Below, one piece after another: positions 32,749 to 41,275 of a DNA stretch of 64,000 nucleotides (position 1 is its first letter; every line of letters starts with the position of its first letter). The stretch comes from Vicinamibacteria bacterium. Its GTDB lineage: Bacteria > Acidobacteriota > Vicinamibacteria > Vicinamibacterales > JAENWD01. The stretch covers positions 688-64,687 of the forward strand of contig CAVUCH010000001.1 in the NCBI GenBank assembly GCA_963739995.1. Direction: 5' to 3'. A program made the translations under genes and the position numbers. The notes under the pieces are model-generated. The model saw only the letters and a program-made list of their open reading frames with translations. It was not told the origin of the DNA and ran no database searches.

Positions 32749-33671
32749 ACCGGAAGGTCACCGTCGTCGGCGGAGCGGGCAACGTCGGGGCCACCGTGGC
32801 GCGCGCGATCGCGAACCGGGAACTGGCCGACGTGGTGGTCATCGACATCGCCGAAACGAAGGCCCAGGGCATTGCGCTCGACATCCTGCAGGCCTGTCCG
32901 ATCGAGGGATCCGACGCGCGCCTGATCGGCGGCAACCGCTTCGAAGACAGCGCCGACTCCGACGTCGTCGTGATCACGTCCGGGGTGCCGCGCAAGCCCG
33001 GCATGAGCCGCGACGACCTGCTGCAGGTGAACTACAACATCATGAAGGATGTCACCGAGCAGATCGTGAAGCACTCGCCAAACTGCATCATCGTGCCCGT
33101 CGCCAATCCCCTCGACGCCATGTGTCAGGCGGTGTACCGGTTGAGCGGCTTCCCGCGGGAGCGGGTCATCGGCATGGCCGGGGTGCTCGACTCCGCGCGC
33201 ATGCGGACGTTCATCGCGCAGGCGCTCGATGTCTCAGTGGAGAACGTCCACGCCTTCGTGCTCGGCGGCCACGGCGACACGATGGTGCCGCTGCCCCGCT
33301 ACTCGACGGTGGCGGGCGTGCCCGTCACCGAACTGCTCCCGGCCGATCAGATCGCGGCGATCGTGAAGCGGACCGCAGAAGGCGGCGCGGAGATCACAAA
33401 GCTGGTGGGCACCAGTGCGTGGTACGCCCCGGGACTCGCAGCCGCCGAAATGGTGGAGGTGATCCTGAAGGACAAGAAGAAGATCCTGCCGTGTTCGGTC
33501 TTCCTGCAGGGCGAGTACGGTGTGCGGGACCTCTTCGTGGGAGTGCCGGTGAAGCTCGGCGCGCGCGGTGTCGAGCAGATCATGCAGTACACGCTGACGG
33601 CGGACGAAACGGCCGCCCTCCACAAGTCGGCCGCTGCCGTGAAGGAACTCACCGACACGATCAAGGTGTAG
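32745..33671 (+). CDS. mdh: Malate dehydrogenase (LDH-like type)
   Basis: The ATG overlaps the icd stop (ATGA). Motifs: [46 protein letters not shown].. Confidence 0.95.
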
Positions 33672-33672
33672 C

Positions 33673-33718
33673 GGAGGCTCACAGGGAGATTCAGGCTGGG
33701 ATCTTCCTGTGAGCCTCC
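33673..33718. terminator. Bidirectional hairpin between convergent mdh and the DUF2911 gene
   Basis: GGAGGCTCACAGGGAGAT / ATCTTCCTGTGAGCCTCC: an 18-bp stem with one G.U or C.A position and a 10-nt loop. It has no clear U-tract. Confidence 0.5.
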
Positions 33719-33725
33719 CGGGCCC

Positions 33726-34256
33726 TTACTTCCTTACCGTAATCGGAGCCGTCAGCTCCGTGTTCTCCCAGGCGATTTTCAGCAAGCCGCCCCCGGCGGG
33801 GTTCTTGTCGATGCTGATCGTCAGCTGCTCGACCGGCGCCGGGGTCGCGTTCTTCTTGAGCGGGACCCGCCCGAGATCCTGTTTCTGGTCGTATTCCGTA
33901 CCCCACTGGCCCGTCTGCTTGTTCACGATCAACTGCCAGTCGGTCTGGCCCGGCAACGTGTAGAGCGTGTACTTGCCCGCCGGCACAATCGTGCCGCCGA
34001 TCTGCAGCTCCTTGTCGGTCGTCAGCGTCGTTGCCTCATCAGCGCCTGTTCGCCAGACCTTCCCGTACGGCACCAGCTCGCCCATGACCTTCCGGCCTTT
34101 CATCGAGGGACGCCCGTACTCGACGGTGATCGTGGCGCCGTCAATCGTGGCCTTCGCGGTCTCGTGCGGGCTCTTGCGCTCGCCCTGCGCCTGCGCAACG
34201 GTCGCGACGCAGGCCGCCACGGCCGTCAGGGTCGTTATCGTTTTCCAGATACGCAT
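33726..34256 (-). CDS. DUF2911 family secreted protein
   Basis: It has a signal peptide MRIWKTITTLTAVAACVATVAQA and the motif ..GRPSMKGRKVMGELVPYGKVWRTGADEATTL..GKYTLYTLPGQTDWQLIVNKQTGQWGTEY.. GGAGGA lies 7 nt upstream of the ATG at 34256. Confidence 0.85.
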   Translation of the reverse strand: MRIWKTITTLTAVAACVATVAQAQGERKSPHETAKATIDGATITVEYGRPSMKGRKVMGELVPYGKVWRTGADEATTLTTDKELQIGGTIVPAGKYTLYTLPGQTDWQLIVNKQTGQWGTEYDQKQDLGRVPLKKNATPAPVEQLTISIDKNPAGGGLLKIAWENTELTAPITVRK

Positions 34257-34324
34257 GGTGTTTTCCTCCATCGATGGGAAATGGGTCCGGGGATCTCGAC
34301 GTGCGCGTCGGTTCCACGACTCTC

Positions 34325-35233
34325 CTACAGAATTTTCATCCCGAGCGCTGACAGGACCAACTCCGTCCCGAGCACAGCCGTGTTGTTCTGCACGTCCAGC
34401 GTGGGGTTCACCTCGACGATGTCGAGCGCGCGGAGGAGGCCCGAGTCGGCGATCATCTCCATGACCATGTGCGCTTCACGGTAGTTGAGACCTCCTTTGA
34501 CCGGCGTCCCCACGCCTGGCGCGACGTTGGGGTCGCACACGTCGATGTCGAACGAAACGTGCAGACCCTCGGTGCCGCGGCCTGCGAGCTGGATGGCCTG
34601 CTCGGCCACAGCCGCGATGCCCGCCCGGTCGATGTCCTTCATTGTGAAGACGTGCACGCGCGACTCACGGACGCGCAGCTTCTCGCTGCCGTCGAGGTTC
34701 CGTACCCCGATCAACACCGTGTGCTCCGGGCTGACTTTGGGGGAAAAGCCGCCGATGCACGAGAGCTCCGTGGGCTCGGGACCAAGCAGCGCCGCCAGCG
34801 GCATCCCGTGCACATTGCCGCTTGTGCTGCTCGAGGGGGTGTTCATGTCGCCGTGGGCGTCTACCCAGATCAGGCCGAGAGGCCGGTCCGCACGCCGGGT
34901 CATCTCGGCACTCGCCGCCACGGAGCCCGCGGCGAGGCTATGGTCACCCCCGAGGACGAGCGGCAGGGCACCGGCCTCGAGGCTCGCGAGTGCCGCCTTG
35001 TAGAGCGTCGCGCAGACCCGCGCGATATCCCGAACGTACTTTTTCCGCTCGTCCCCAGGCTGCTGGGTCTCGCGAATCGGCACCGCGAGGTCGCCCTTGT
35101 CGAGAACAGAGTAGCCGAGTTCCTGAAGCCGTTCGTGCAGCCCCGCGATGCGGAGTGCGGAGGGCCCCATGTCAACGCCTCGCCGTCCTCCGCCGAGGTC
35201 AAGCGGTACGCCGATGATGTGGATGGGTAACAA
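34325..35233 (-). CDS. rocF: Arginase
   Basis: Ureohydrolase metal-binding motifs GGDHSLA, WVDAHGDMNTP and SFDIDVCDP, with an arginase-like N-terminus. Confidence 0.88.
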   Translation of the reverse strand: MLPIHIIGVPLDLGGGRRGVDMGPSALRIAGLHERLQELGYSVLDKGDLAVPIRETQQPGDERKKYVRDIARVCATLYKAALASLEAGALPLVLGGDHSLAAGSVAASAEMTRRADRPLGLIWVDAHGDMNTPSSSTSGNVHGMPLAALLGPEPTELSCIGGFSPKVSPEHTVLIGVRNLDGSEKLRVRESRVHVFTMKDIDRAGIAAVAEQAIQLAGRGTEGLHVSFDIDVCDPNVAPGVGTPVKGGLNYREAHMVMEMIADSGLLRALDIVEVNPTLDVQNNTAVLGTELVLSALGMKIL

Positions 35234-35239
35234 CGCTGT

Positions 35240-35893
35240 TCAGCGCCGCTTCCAGGACACCGATACGCCCTCGCCCGATGGCGCCACCACTGTCGTGAAC
35301 AGGTCCGCATTGCCGTGCACCGCGGCGAGAAAATCCTTCATCTCGTCGCGCTTGTTGACCACATTGTGGGCCAGGAAGAGACCGCCGCGGGTGAGTCGTG
35401 GGTACACGAGATCAAGGAACTTCTTGTAGTCCGGCTTCCACGCGTCGAGGAAGACGAAGTCGATAACTCCCTGAACCTTTGGAATCTCCTTGAAGGCGTC
35501 GCCGCTGATCACCGTAACCACATCGTCGAGGCCGGCACGATGGATGTTCGCTTTCGCCTCGCGCGCCCGCTGCGCGTCATACTCGATGGTCGTCAGGCGT
35601 CCGCCCGTTTCGCGCAACCCCAGCCCAATCCAGATGGCGCTGTATCCGCTCGCGGCACCGATCTCGAGCGCCCGCTTCGCACCGCTCGATGCAACCATCA
35701 GGCGCAGGAATCGGCCATCCTCCTCAGAAACGGCCAGCTGACCCTTGTCGGCCCGCCGGATCTCCTCCAAAAGCCCCTGCAAGGTCGGGGTCAGGCCGGC
35801 GGAAACGGCCGGCTGCTGGCCGGCGACCGAGGGAACAGATCCCAAGGTACCGACGAGGATCAGGACACTGAAGAATTTGGTCATCACGCCCAT
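35240..35893 (-). CDS. Class I SAM-dependent O-methyltransferase (caffeoyl-CoA OMT-like) with signal peptide
   Basis: ..ALEIGAASGYSAIWIGLGL..IEYD..ISGDAFKEIP..DFVFLDAWKPDY.. ATG 35884 is an alternative start. Confidence 0.8.
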   Translation of the reverse strand: MGVMTKFFSVLILVGTLGSVPSVAGQQPAVSAGLTPTLQGLLEEIRRADKGQLAVSEEDGRFLRLMVASSGAKRALEIGAASGYSAIWIGLGLRETGGRLTTIEYDAQRAREAKANIHRAGLDDVVTVISGDAFKEIPKVQGVIDFVFLDAWKPDYKKFLDLVYPRLTRGGLFLAHNVVNKRDEMKDFLAAVHGNADLFTTVVAPSGEGVSVSWKRR

Positions 35894-36057
35894 GTCTAAA
35901 AGGGTGCAGAAACGCCTCGGGCACTGAAGCCTATCAGAATGTAAAACCGATGGTCGGCCGGGCAGCCTTTCGAGCCTGTTCCTGCGCCTTTTTTGACGCT
36001 CTTGGCAAGTTTCGCGCCTCGAAGAAGTCCGAGAATCTCAGCTACGTTGGGTATAGT

Positions 36058-36795
36058 ATGGCGTCTGATTCTGAGGGCAGTACCTGTGCGGAGGCATTAG
36101 TGAGTCCGATTCTGGTCCGGCCGGTGCGGGAGCAGCTCGAGCATGACCGCATCATCCGCCTGTTGCCCGCCCGGTACCGCCGCCGATTCGAGGTCGGGAT
36201 CAATCCCGGTCTCGAGCAGAACGCGCCCGTAGGGACGGGCCCGGGCGCCGTTTACCCAGACGCGGTTCTTTACGCAGGCGACAAGGGGCGGAAGGTGCTT
36301 GCCGTAGCCGAGGTGGAAACTGTGGAGTCGGTGAATCACCTCGAGGCGATGTCGCAGTGGGCGAGCCTCAGCCGTCTCAAGGTGCCATTCCACCTCTACG
36401 TTCCAGCCAGCGCCATCGACGTCGCCCGGCGGATGGCCACTGATTACCAGGTGCTGCTCACTGAGTTGTGGAGCTACGACAACGTGGGCGACCAAGTGCG
36501 ATTCACGCTGATTCAACGGGCTTCTGAGCCGGCCATGCCGCTCAGCACGAGAGGTCCTTCGCGGAAGGCGAGCCGGCCCGTCGCGGCGGCACGTGCGCCC
36601 GTCGCTGCGCCGCGGCCGAGAGTGGCCGCCCGCCCGCCCGCACCGGCAGCAAGCCGTGGGACCCCCGTACGGGCGAAGGGAAGCGCGCGCGCGGCGGCAA
36701 AGCCCGCCGCCAAACGCCAGGCCGCGAGAAACGCACCCGCCCGTAAGGCCACGGTGCGCAAGGCGGCACCGCGTAAAGCCCAGAAACGCAGGTAA
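36058..36795 (+). CDS. Hypothetical protein: nuclease-fold-like N-domain fused to Ala/Lys/Pro/Arg-rich histone-H1-like tail
   Basis: The N-domain reads ..VREQLEHDRIIRLL..AVYPDAVLYAGDKGRKVLAVAEVETVES..FHLYVP.. The last ~80 aa are PSRKASRPVAAARAPVAAPRPRVAARPPAPAASRGTPVRAKGSARAAAKPAAKRQAARNAPARKATVRKAAPRKAQKRR. The start is uncertain (ATG 36058 or GTG 36100). Confidence 0.6.
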   Translation: MASDSEGSTCAEALVSPILVRPVREQLEHDRIIRLLPARYRRRFEVGINPGLEQNAPVGTGPGAVYPDAVLYAGDKGRKVLAVAEVETVESVNHLEAMSQWASLSRLKVPFHLYVPASAIDVARRMATDYQVLLTELWSYDNVGDQVRFTLIQRASEPAMPLSTRGPSRKASRPVAAARAPVAAPRPRVAARPPAPAASRGTPVRAKGSARAAAKPAAKRQAARNAPARKATVRKAAPRKAQKRR

Positions 36796-36800
36796 GACTC

Positions 36801-37646
36801 GTGCCCCGTCTTCGATTCACCCGGGATGAGCGGGGGTACGAACACACGTTCCTCGTGCACACGACCGGACGCCGAGGCCGGGAGCGCAGCCGTGTGCTGT
36901 ATTGGTTTCGTTCGCCGCCTGCCGTCCGGGTTGGTCGACCCGCCCTGGATCCTGAAGCGATTCGCGCCATCGAGGAAGCGAACCCGGCCATCGCCTTCGA
37001 TTGGCCGACGATCCTCGAGGCACGCCCCCCGGACCCTGAACCGGTTGAGAAGTGGCGCGCCCGGCGCGCGAGATCCACTCGCCAGCGGGAGGCACGGGAG
37101 AGCCCGCCACCCGAGATCGCCACCCCGGCCGTTGTGCCGCTCGCGCAGCGGGAAAGGGAGGGCGGCAGCGGCGCCGGGGCGGGTGAGGGTCGCGAGAGCA
37201 CATCGGCGTCTTCGACCATGACCGGCGACGCTGATGAGACGAATGGTGATGCGGCGAGCCGCCAGCTCGAGCTCTCCGCGGTCCATCGCGCGCTTGGATC
37301 CGAAGGCCTGGTCCGCGTTCGCGCTCGATACGCCGAGGTGATCGCGCGAATCGCCAGCCAGGTGACGGATGCGGCTGCCGCGGACGAGCTGCGCGTGCTG
37401 GCCGAACGCCTGAATCCAGACGCCTGGGTGACCGACGGGGAAGTTCGCCAGGGGCTCGAGAGCTTCGAGCGCGTGCTCGAAACTGTCCGTCAACGCCTCG
37501 GCCGCCCGCGCCGTCGGCGTGCACCGCCAGGCCCCGATCCGCCGCTGCCCGGCGCTGCCGCCAACTCTGTTGACGATTCGTTCAGAGCTGCTTCCGCGGC
37601 AGACGCCCACCGCCCCTCCACTGACTTGCCCGACCGCACCGGTTGA
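36801..37646 (+). CDS. Hypothetical protein (no recognisable domain)
   Basis: The GTG start lies 6 nt after the upstream stop. The N-terminal ~75 aa look coding (PRLRFTRDERGYEHTFLVH..VLYWFRSPPAVRVGRPALDPEAIRAIEEANPAIAFDW). This is followed by an acidic/low-complexity linker and a helical C-domain. Confidence 0.55.
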   Translation: MPRLRFTRDERGYEHTFLVHTTGRRGRERSRVLYWFRSPPAVRVGRPALDPEAIRAIEEANPAIAFDWPTILEARPPDPEPVEKWRARRARSTRQREARESPPPEIATPAVVPLAQREREGGSGAGAGEGRESTSASSTMTGDADETNGDAASRQLELSAVHRALGSEGLVRVRARYAEVIARIASQVTDAAAADELRVLAERLNPDAWVTDGEVRQGLESFERVLETVRQRLGRPRRRRAPPGPDPPLPGAAANSVDDSFRAASAADAHRPSTDLPDRTG

Positions 37647-37766
37647 TTGAACGTCAGAGTTGTGGGGGCCGGCCGCTACGGCGGAGTGTGCTCGGCCGTC
37701 TCGAACAGTTCGGCCTGCGCCCGGTGCACTGCGGTGTCGGCCCCGCGCTATACTCCCAAGAGTCAT

Positions 37767-39074
37767 ATGCACATCCGGCTTCCTGTCCTCGCCCGCCTGA
37801 CGGTCGCGCTGGCGTTTGTTTCAGTGAGCCTGGCCGCACAGTCCGCAGCCCCTCCCGCCGCCCAGGGCCAGCAGCCCGCAGCCGGAGCGCCCGGCACGCC
37901 GCCGAGCGCGGGACAGCCAGGCAGCAGTCAGCCTACCTTCCGGGTCGCCATCGACCTGGTCACCACCGACGTGATTGCCCGCGACGATGCAGGACAGTTC
38001 GTCGCGGACCTGAAGAAGGACGATTTCGAAATCTACGAAGACGGTGTGCGACAGGAGATTGCGACCTTCACGCTGGTGCACGGGGGCCGGGTGCTCAACC
38101 AACTGCTGCCGCCGCCCCCACCCCCGCAGGAAGGGGTCATTTTGCCGCCGCCGCGGCCTCCGAACGACACAGCTGGACGCATCCTGCTTTTCTTCGTCGA
38201 CGACCTGCACCTCGATTTCGGCAACACCCCGCGATTGCGGCAACTGTTCCAGAAGATCGGCAAGGAACTCGTGCACGAGGGCGACATGTTCGGCGTGGTG
38301 TCCACGGGCACCTCGTCGATCGCCATCGACCTGACATACGACCGCAAGCGCCTGGACGAGGCGATCAAGAAGATGAGCGGTGGCGCCCTGAAGCCGAGCG
38401 AAATCATCGAGGCGGGGCAGGGTCCCAACGGGCCGGCCGAATTGCGCTATCGCGCGCACGTCGCCTTCTCGACGGCTTACGACATGGTGCGCAACCTCGA
38501 GAAGATCCACAACCGCCGCAAGGCGGTGGTCTACGTAAGCAACGGCTACGACTTCAACCCGTTCGAAGGGGCGCGCTACGGGGACCCGAACATTATCGGC
38601 CAGAAGCGCGATACCTCGATGACCAACGACTACGACCCGTTCACGCGGCAGAGCAACCAGTTCGCGGATGCGGATCTCGTGCGCGAACTGGCGGAGTTGA
38701 CCCGCGCGGCGAACCGGGCCAATGCCACCCTCTACACGATCGATCCCCGTGGGCTCGTGGCGGGATCGGACCTCGATCAGAACGTCGATCCAACCGAGTG
38801 GGCGAACTATGTGCGGAAGACCCAGGAAAGCCTGCGGACGCTCGCCGACCTGACGGGGGGCTTCGCGGTCGTGAACCAGAACGACTTCGACAAGGCGCTG
38901 AAGCGGATCGACAACGAGACCAGCGATTACTACGTGGTCGGCTACTACTCGACGAACCCGGACCCGACGCAGCGCAATCGCAAACTCGACATCAAAACCA
39001 CGCGGGAGCGCGTGAACGTGTGGTCGCGTCGCGCGTACTCGCTGCGTCCGCCGCCCGCGCCGAAGGCCAAGTAG
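37767..39074 (+). CDS. Secreted VWA-domain protein (acidobacterial VWFA-related family type)
   Basis: It has a signal peptide MHIRLPVLARLTVALAFVSVSLAAQS. It then reads FRVAIDLVTTDVIARDDAGQFVADLKKDDFEIYEDGVRQEIATFTL.., the characteristic N-terminal motif of the TIGR03436-type family (recalled from memory). A VWA-like region follows (ILLFFVDDLHL). Confidence 0.85.
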   Translation: MHIRLPVLARLTVALAFVSVSLAAQSAAPPAAQGQQPAAGAPGTPPSAGQPGSSQPTFRVAIDLVTTDVIARDDAGQFVADLKKDDFEIYEDGVRQEIATFTLVHGGRVLNQLLPPPPPPQEGVILPPPRPPNDTAGRILLFFVDDLHLDFGNTPRLRQLFQKIGKELVHEGDMFGVVSTGTSSIAIDLTYDRKRLDEAIKKMSGGALKPSEIIEAGQGPNGPAELRYRAHVAFSTAYDMVRNLEKIHNRRKAVVYVSNGYDFNPFEGARYGDPNIIGQKRDTSMTNDYDPFTRQSNQFADADLVRELAELTRAANRANATLYTIDPRGLVAGSDLDQNVDPTEWANYVRKTQESLRTLADLTGGFAVVNQNDFDKALKRIDNETSDYYVVGYYSTNPDPTQRNRKLDIKTTRERVNVWSRRAYSLRPPPAPKAK

Positions 39075-39084
39075 CGCGGCAAAG

Positions 39085-39970
39085 CTAGAACAGCCGGGAC
39101 GCGCGCGGCTCGTCGAGGGCCGCTTGCGTCCGGGTGATCGCCTCCTGCAGATAGCCTTGATCCATTTCGATCCCGACGAAGTTCAACTCGAGGCGGGCGC
39201 ACGCCACGGCCGTATTTCCCAGACCGAGGAACGGATCGACGGCCTCGGTGATGCGGTCAATCCCGTGCAGCCGGAGGCAGTACCTCGGGCAGCCGCGCCG
39301 GAAATGTGGCCGGGTGCGGCCGGTCCTCCTTGCGATCCTGAATCGTCTCGTAAGGGAGGAACCACGTATTTCCTCGGCAGCGCAGCCCTGTGCCGGCGCC
39401 GCGCCAGCGCGCGATGTTCGATTCGTCCTGGTAGGGCACACCGACCGCCAGCCGGTCGAGGGGAGTCCGGCCTGTCGGCGTGAAGTGGAAGATGAACTCG
39501 TGGCAGTCGTTCACGAAACGCGGGCTGTTGATCGGCTTGTAGTGGCCGACCGCCAGCGCCTGTGTCAGTCCCGACGCTCCGCCAGCCGCGTCCTGGTCGA
39601 TGGCAATCGACTTGACCCAGTGCAGCGTGTTCTGGAGGTGCAGGTGCGGGCGAACGGCCTGCGCGACGTCGAGGGCCGTCCAGGGATCCGTTGGCTTGCC
39701 CCCGACGTTCAGGAACAGCGATCCCAGCGGATCCAGCACGCGGGCAGCTGCCTCGACCCATCGGCTGGTCCACGCCAGGTAGTCGGCCCGCGGCAGCCGG
39801 TCCTCATACGTGCGGTACACAATCCCGAGATTGTACGGCGGAGAGGTGACTATCGTCTGCACTGAAGCAGACAGCAGGTGCGGAAGGATGTCCACGCAGT
39901 CGCCGAGGAAGAACCGGTAGGCGGCGTTGCCGCGGCGGAGCGTGGTGTGGGGAGTCGGGGCGGCGGGCAC
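39085..39970 (-). pseudogene. Beta-class (N4-C/N6-A) DNA methyltransferase interrupted by a single +1 frameshift
   Basis: Motif IV TSPPYN comes before motif I DPFLGLGNTAVA. The reading frame breaks after HPATFPARLPE. Removing one G from CCCGAGGTAC (plus-strand 39281-39290) restores ..PEYCLRLHGIDRITEAVDPFLGLGNTAVACARLELNFVGIEMDQGY.. The span is 886 nt, which is 3n+1. The GTG start at 39970 is inferred. Confidence 0.75.
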
Positions 39971-40016
39971 CAGCGGGGATTTTAACCGGAACGGCCCGCC
40001 GCGCGCCGCCGGCCGG

Positions 40017-40214
40017 TCAGGATGCGCGTGCGATCGTGACGGTGTTGCGGCGGGCGATGGTGAGCGTGTGATTGCGCCGGTGCCCGTGCTGATGGCAGTC
40101 CGCGCCCTTCTCCTCAACGTAGGCGAGCTCCCGGCTCGTGGCGACGTCACGATAGCGGCCCACGACACATCCGCAACCCAGTGTGCTGAACCCGAGCAAC
40201 CGGACAAGACTCAT
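40017..40214 (-). CDS. Small Cys/His-rich hypothetical protein (65 aa)
   Basis: MSLVRLLGFSTLGCGCVVGRYRDVATSRELAYVEEKGADCHQHGHRRNHTL.. AGGGGGA lies 3 nt upstream of the ATG. It sits 46 nt upstream of the methyltransferase on the same strand. Confidence 0.5.
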   Translation of the reverse strand: MSLVRLLGFSTLGCGCVVGRYRDVATSRELAYVEEKGADCHQHGHRRNHTLTIARRNTVTIARAS

Positions 40215-40451
40215 AGATCCCCCTGCGAACGATTCGATTGATAGCAAATGCTGTACCGCTGAGGTAGTCCGTTCCGACGCCCCCTCGCCTTGAAGTCCCA
40301 TCGTGGCTGCAGCGCCGATCGCGTGCGATCCCCAGCCGCCTGACGGGACATCGCGCGCGCCGGTGCCTCCGGGCGCTACGCGTGGCGTGCACGCGCGGCC
40401 ACCATCTCATCCCCTTTGGATGTCTGCGACAACGCGTTGGATTCGAGCCGC

Positions 40452-40480
40452 TTGACAGCGGTGCCTCCAGCGCGGATAGT
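40452..40480 (+). promoter_or_regulatory. Sigma-70-type promoter TTGACA-17-GATAGT, 10 nt upstream of ATG 40491
   Basis: CTTGACAGCGGTGCCTCCAGCGCGGATAGTCGGCGCACCCATG. There is no SD in the gap, so the transcript is a candidate leaderless mRNA. Confidence 0.4.
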
Positions 40481-40490
40481 CGGCGCACCC

Positions 40491-41081
40491 ATGACGATCG
40501 ACGCCATCCAGCTCGAAGAGTTCCGTGCACTGCGTGCATCGGTTCGCGAGCGGGCCATCGCACGGGTGCTGTTGCTCGCGATGACGTGGCTCGGGTGGGC
40601 CGCGCTGGCGACAGCGATCATGCTCGTAGTGCCAGCGCCGCTGCTGCTGACGGTGCCGCTCGTGGTGCTGCTCGCCGCGTTCGAGGTGAACCTGGGCACC
40701 GTTCGCGCGGCCGAGCGCGTCTCCAACTATCTGCGCGTCGTCTTCGAAGAACGTCGGGCGGTGTCGGGATGGGAGACCGCGTCCGCGGACCTGGCCAGAC
40801 GTTATCCGAAGAGCGTCGGCGATCCGCTGTTCCTATGGGTGTTCGTGGCCGTGCTCTGCGCGAACTACCTGTGCGTAGTCATTGCCATGCCGGAGACGGC
40901 CGACCCTATGGCGCGGTCGCGGGAGGACACCCTGGATCTGGCTCTGGTGACGGCCCTGCACCTGGGCCTCATCCTGAGGTTCGTGCTCGCGCGCCGAGCG
41001 CTCCGCGCGAGCCGGGCGCGCGAACTCGAGCGGTTGCGCGCCGTGACCGGGGCTGGCGAGGCCGATTTGCCGCCGCAATGA
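40491..41081 (+). CDS. Hypothetical integral membrane protein (about 4 TM)
   Basis: MTIDAIQLEEFRALRASVRERAIARVLLLAMTWLGWAALATAIMLVVPAPLLLTVPLVVLLAAF.. No family recognised. Confidence 0.6.
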   Translation: MTIDAIQLEEFRALRASVRERAIARVLLLAMTWLGWAALATAIMLVVPAPLLLTVPLVVLLAAFEVNLGTVRAAERVSNYLRVVFEERRAVSGWETASADLARRYPKSVGDPLFLWVFVAVLCANYLCVVIAMPETADPMARSREDTLDLALVTALHLGLILRFVLARRALRASRARELERLRAVTGAGEADLPPQ

Positions 41082-41275
41082 CCGCAGAGCCGTTCGATTC
41101 GGGTCCCGCCGTCCCGACGTTTCGCCCTGGATGCACTTACGCTACTGTCGCGTCCGTTACGGTAGACGTTCCTGGGCGTCTTGAGGGCGCCTGGTTCAAG
41201 AAGTGTATCGATTGGATGAGCGTTGACGTCGAATTCGCGTCTAAGTGCTTTGCAGGCTACAGATTGTCTGCTACT

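Noticed and set aside
40382-41275. The N-terminal 298 codons of the 674-aa ORF containing the S11 peptidase.
   Set aside because: It overlaps the better-supported membrane-protein gene (40491-41081) in another frame, and the translation is Arg/Gly-rich. The peptidase signal peptide begins only around 41276-41321.
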